64,000 nt of DNA from Euglena gracilis (Eukaryota). The first letter of the stretch is position 1. The number at the start of each line of letters is the position of its first letter. The stretch is from NCBI GenBank assembly GCA_039621445.1, contig CP154954.1:16200140-16264139 (forward strand), read 5' to 3'. This document shows, one piece after another, positions 60,098 to 64,000 of this stretch. The notes below the pieces were generated by a model that worked only from the letters and a program-made list of their open reading frames with translations, was not told the origin of the DNA and searched no databases. The position numbers and the translations under genes are program-made.

Positions 60098-62894
60098 ACG
60101 GCTTGGGGGGGGGGGGCACGGAACGCTGGAGAACCCTGGTGGAGGTGGGAAGGGTGGCAGGAAGGCGTAGATTGGATTGAGACGTCTGGACCTTCGGATG
60201 ATCAGAGGTTGGGGGCAGATCGCCTCCAACCGGGTGGACTGCATTGCAACACGTTTCAAAAATGTTTAGTATTGTTGAAAATTCAAAATGAAATTTAATG
60301 GGGGGACTAAGATATGTTTCCCATTATCGATGCATGCCGCGTTGGTTGCTGAAAGAACAGCCGTCAAACTATATGAATGCAGTTTTGTTCCATCATGTTA
60401 ATCCTTTGGTTTTTTTAATTGCGGCCACCAGATCACCGAAATGTTCCTACCTAGACTTCCCCCCCATCCAGGGGGTTTGAGTATGTGTCCCGCCAAAAGT
60501 TTCACAGCAAAGGAGAGTCTCCAAGGGTGGGGGGCACCCCCCAAGAGGCATGGGGGTGGTGGGTCCTTGAGAGTGGGTGGGCGGTGGGCGGGGTTGGGCT
60601 GCTGGACCAACCGGGCGTTGATAGTGCTGTATTTTCTTCAGAAGTAGCTCTGGATGGGTGTTCGTAAAGACACATAATCACTGGGGGGGGGGGGCTGTGC
60701 TCCCCGTTCCTTGGGCCTCCTGTTGTGGGATTTGTGGTGCGTGGTGTGATGGATGACGTCGCTGATCGTCATTCTTTCGGCCAGGGCTCCCTCACCTGCT
60801 TGGTCCCCCACCAGATGCACAACGCGACGATGAAGCCCACACGCATCGCTTCGTCATGTACCGCATTGCGCGTGCACGACGGACGTCAACTTGCCACGAA
60901 GAGGCAAGAACGGGCAAGAGGCCTCTGTCTGCACTGGCAACCGTTGGGGGTTCTTGGGTACGCAATCCACAGGACCCCCCAAAGATGCGAAATCACAGGT
61001 TGGACTAAGATTGGTCATTCTTGGCATCCCTTTGTGGGTCTCTAGAAAATTTTCTGTGACTGAGAACTACATCTGAATGGTGGCGTCACGTACAGCATTG
61101 CCAACCGTTGCCAGACAAGAACAGGCTCAGATGAAATAGTTATGGTTTTCCTTGGTATATGAAGCGGGGTTGAGGGAGGACAGCGAAGACCCGCTTTGGC
61201 TTAGACGGGGGCAGCCACCGCAAACGCAAAGACCCCCTGCTCGTTGGATCGGAAACCAAGCAAGAACCCTTCAAAAATCACTGAACCAGGCTTAAAATTC
61301 CCTTGAGTGCGATTCTGCGTCGTTTTTTATTTTGGGTCAAAAATCGTGAATTTTCTCTTGCAGAAAAAAAACACAGTTGGTGTCAGCTCCTACCCCCACC
61401 CTCCCCATCTTCCAGGGCGGGGGAGGGTTCAACAAGGCGTTCCCGTACAGCCCTGCCTCCGCGTTTTGGTACAAATTGCCAGTTTTCCCCCACTCATCGC
61501 ATCGGAATTGATCCAAAACGAAAGCAAAAGGCATGGCTTTCCACTTTCAAAGCCACTCAATCGATTTTGGAAAAGGGGGTTGGTCACCAGGGGTTTTCGG
61601 ACCATCCGGGGGGGGGGGATCATGCGGGCCGGCGGTAAAAAGGTGCTGGTTGGACACCACCCCCCAGGGCAGGGTGGGTCCAAAGGGGGGGGGGGAGTCT
61701 GGCCAGCTGGGAGCAGGCCCCGGAGGGTTACCAAAAATTCCCTCAAAAAAAGCCCAAATCCAGCTGGGTTGGCTTTTCGGATTTTGGTTTTTCAGCCAAA
61801 ATTTGGAGGTGAAAACCCAAAGACCATCCAAAATACCATTTTTGGCCATTTTTGACCCCTTTTTCAAAAATTTTCGGTGCTTTTCGCTGAAAAAAATTTC
61901 GGTCCAGACCGGCTTCGCCAGGAAGAACCCAACTGTATTTCAGCCGACCCCAGGGGGGGAGTCCGCAGCCCAGCTGGGAGGTGCTGGCTGGAAACAGGAT
62001 GCTGGCTGGCTGGACCCCGGGGGGGGGGGTAGGACCCCCTCCGACTTAAGAAAACCCCGGTCCCTTGCAACAATGGCTCTAAATCGATGAATTTGGCACA
62101 TTTTTCAAATCCGATTCCTTTGGCGCCAGGCAGCAATTATCAGTCGTTCTGGCCGACCTCACCCCCCCCATGGGGGAGAGAGCCAAAAAACACTGCGAAA
62201 CCAATCAATTACCCCGGTGGTGGGTCAGGAACATACTTAACAAAAATATGGTCAATGGGGGTATTTTCTGGGTGTATGAAGCGGAACTTTGGTGTAGCAG
62301 GGCTCAAAAAATCATTTAGGAAAAAACCACACAAAGAAAGAGTTTAAAAATGCAAAATTAACAAAAATGAAACCCTTCCAAAGAAAAACAGCCCATGCAG
62401 GCTGGGGAAGAAACTACCACTGCACAATAATCAAAAACAAATTTGAACACAACAATGAAAAAAGAGTTGCTTGCAAAAGATCAACGAGGACTCTGTAAAT
62501 AATGAAAATATAAATAAATAATACACAATAAACAATAATAATAATAATAAAAATAATAATATACTCTATAAATAACAATAATAAACTAAACAAAAACCTC
62601 AGCCCCTTGCCCTCTTCCAAAAAGCAACAGCGGTTGCAGATGGGCCGAGTGGACCAGCACACTGCCTGTCCCGAGGTGGGATACACAGGGAGGGCACGGG
62701 ACGCTGCTAATAGGCACCCGGCGAGAGCGACCCTCCGTTGCAACATGGTCTGGGGCGGGGCCGCGGAGGTGGGCATGTGGGAGGGCACCTGAAACGGAGC
62801 TGTAAGTGAACAGCCACCCAGCATGGAATGTGTGCAGAGGACTGTCTGTCCCTGGACCTCAATGATGACGGGTGTCCCTAAAGTTAGCAAAAGT

Positions 62895-63190
62895 TTTCTC
62901 TCCTCTTCTATCTTTTCTCCTCTCGTTCCTATTCTTTTCTCTCTTCCTCTTTCTCTCTCTTCTCTCCCTCTCTTCTCTCTTCTCCTTCTCTCCTACACGG
63001 ACCCCTTCTCTCTCTCTTCTTGTCTTCTTTCATCTCTTCCTTTTCCTCTTCAGTTCTCCCTCCATCCTTCTCCCCTCTTCTCTCCCCCTCTACTATACTC
63101 TTTCTCTCTCTCCTCCCTCTCCTCTCCTTCTCTCCCCTGTCCTCTCATCTCCTCTCTCCCCCCTTCTCAACTTGCTCTCTTCTCTCTCTC
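62895..63190 (+). repeat. Degenerate CT-rich polypyrimidine tract
   Basis: About 300 bp almost entirely C/T. Confidence 0.95.
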
Positions 63191-64000
63191 GGTTATACGA
63201 TCACATTTTTTCCCCACCATTTCATGCCGTGGTGTCCGTGGCGTGTGGTTTGGCCATATGCCACAGACTACTGCAGAAATTTGCGGGGGGAAATAAAAAC
63301 ACATGCCAGATACAAAAAACACTGTGTGTAATGACTTTGATATGCTTTTATTTTGTGTAATACACACAAGGTTTTTGCTGATTGAGCCATCCTTTCTTGC
63401 ATCCTTTTTAACACCTTGTCATATTTTTTTCATGTGTTGGTGTTAAGTTTCATCCTTCGATGGCGTACAGTGGCAATTGTATGATAATATGTTTGTCACC
63501 ACGGGGGGGGGGGGTGTAAACCACATGGTGGTGCATTCTGCTTTCTCCCTATGAAGGCATATCCTTCAACCTCACCATTTTTTGCAGTTTCTGGGGTCGA
63601 GGTGCAAAGGAAGAAAGAAATCGCCTAGAAGCCAGAAAAAAACATCTGTCAGACATAGAAACGTTCGGTCTGCATTCCACGCTGTCTGTCATTTGCAGGC
63701 GTCGCCTATGGACCGTTCTGTCGGTTTCCCCACTCACTGAACCAAGGTGGGGCCCCAATTTTTGTTGTGGTCTTGGTGCGAAAGCTCTTGGAAGCTCTGC
63801 AAGTCTTCCGAATCGTGCGTCGCGTTCCCTCTGCTTGCGACCCAGCTCGGGCTTGCATCCGTCCGTGTGGGCCCCCACCTGATTGGTCCACCCCGAAGGG
63901 TTCATGGCAGGCAAATGACTGGTCTTTTTGCTCACTTTCCTGTGATTGGTTCCCAGGGGGGGGGGGAATTCCCCAAGAAGGAAGGAAGGAAAGAAGGAAG

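Noticed and set aside
61588-62060. Possible further CAG-type MITE (CAGGGGTTTTC ... CTTAAGAAAACCCCG)
   Set aside because: The left end lacks CTTA and no 8-bp TSD was found.
62823-63360. Leu/Ser/Phe-rich membrane-protein-like ORFs
   Set aside because: Translation of a CT-rich tract.

Overview
Repeat-rich eukaryotic DNA with GC-rich exons, AT-richer introns and long G/C homopolymers; it looks protist-like, possibly euglenozoan, but the organism cannot be fixed from the sequence. Most of the window is a ~45.5 kb palindrome: arms 5217-27118 and 28624-50691 around a 1505-bp spacer. The right arm runs into a ~10.7 kb element (45491-56161) bounded by 26-bp imperfect terminal inverted repeats (TIRs). 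This element carries (i) an intron-split DDE transposase with Academ-like motifs and (ii) a 7-exon gene with an N-terminal ParB/Srx-like domain followed by what looks like a degenerate DNA-methyltransferase fold. About 20 copies of a palindromic TTTGCGCAAAT motif lie in its non-coding DNA, and I saw this motif only in the element. I do not know of a described Academ lineage with ParB cargo, so this is the main candidate novel system. The left arm holds a truncated, MITE-disrupted copy of the element, and the spacer holds an older diverged transposase fragment. The window also has five MITE families with 8-bp target-site duplications (TSDs) and a shared CAG-N7-CTTA terminus, four copies of a short exon with mostly synonymous divergence, and microsatellites. 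All protein-family calls are by-eye motif recognition, not database results.
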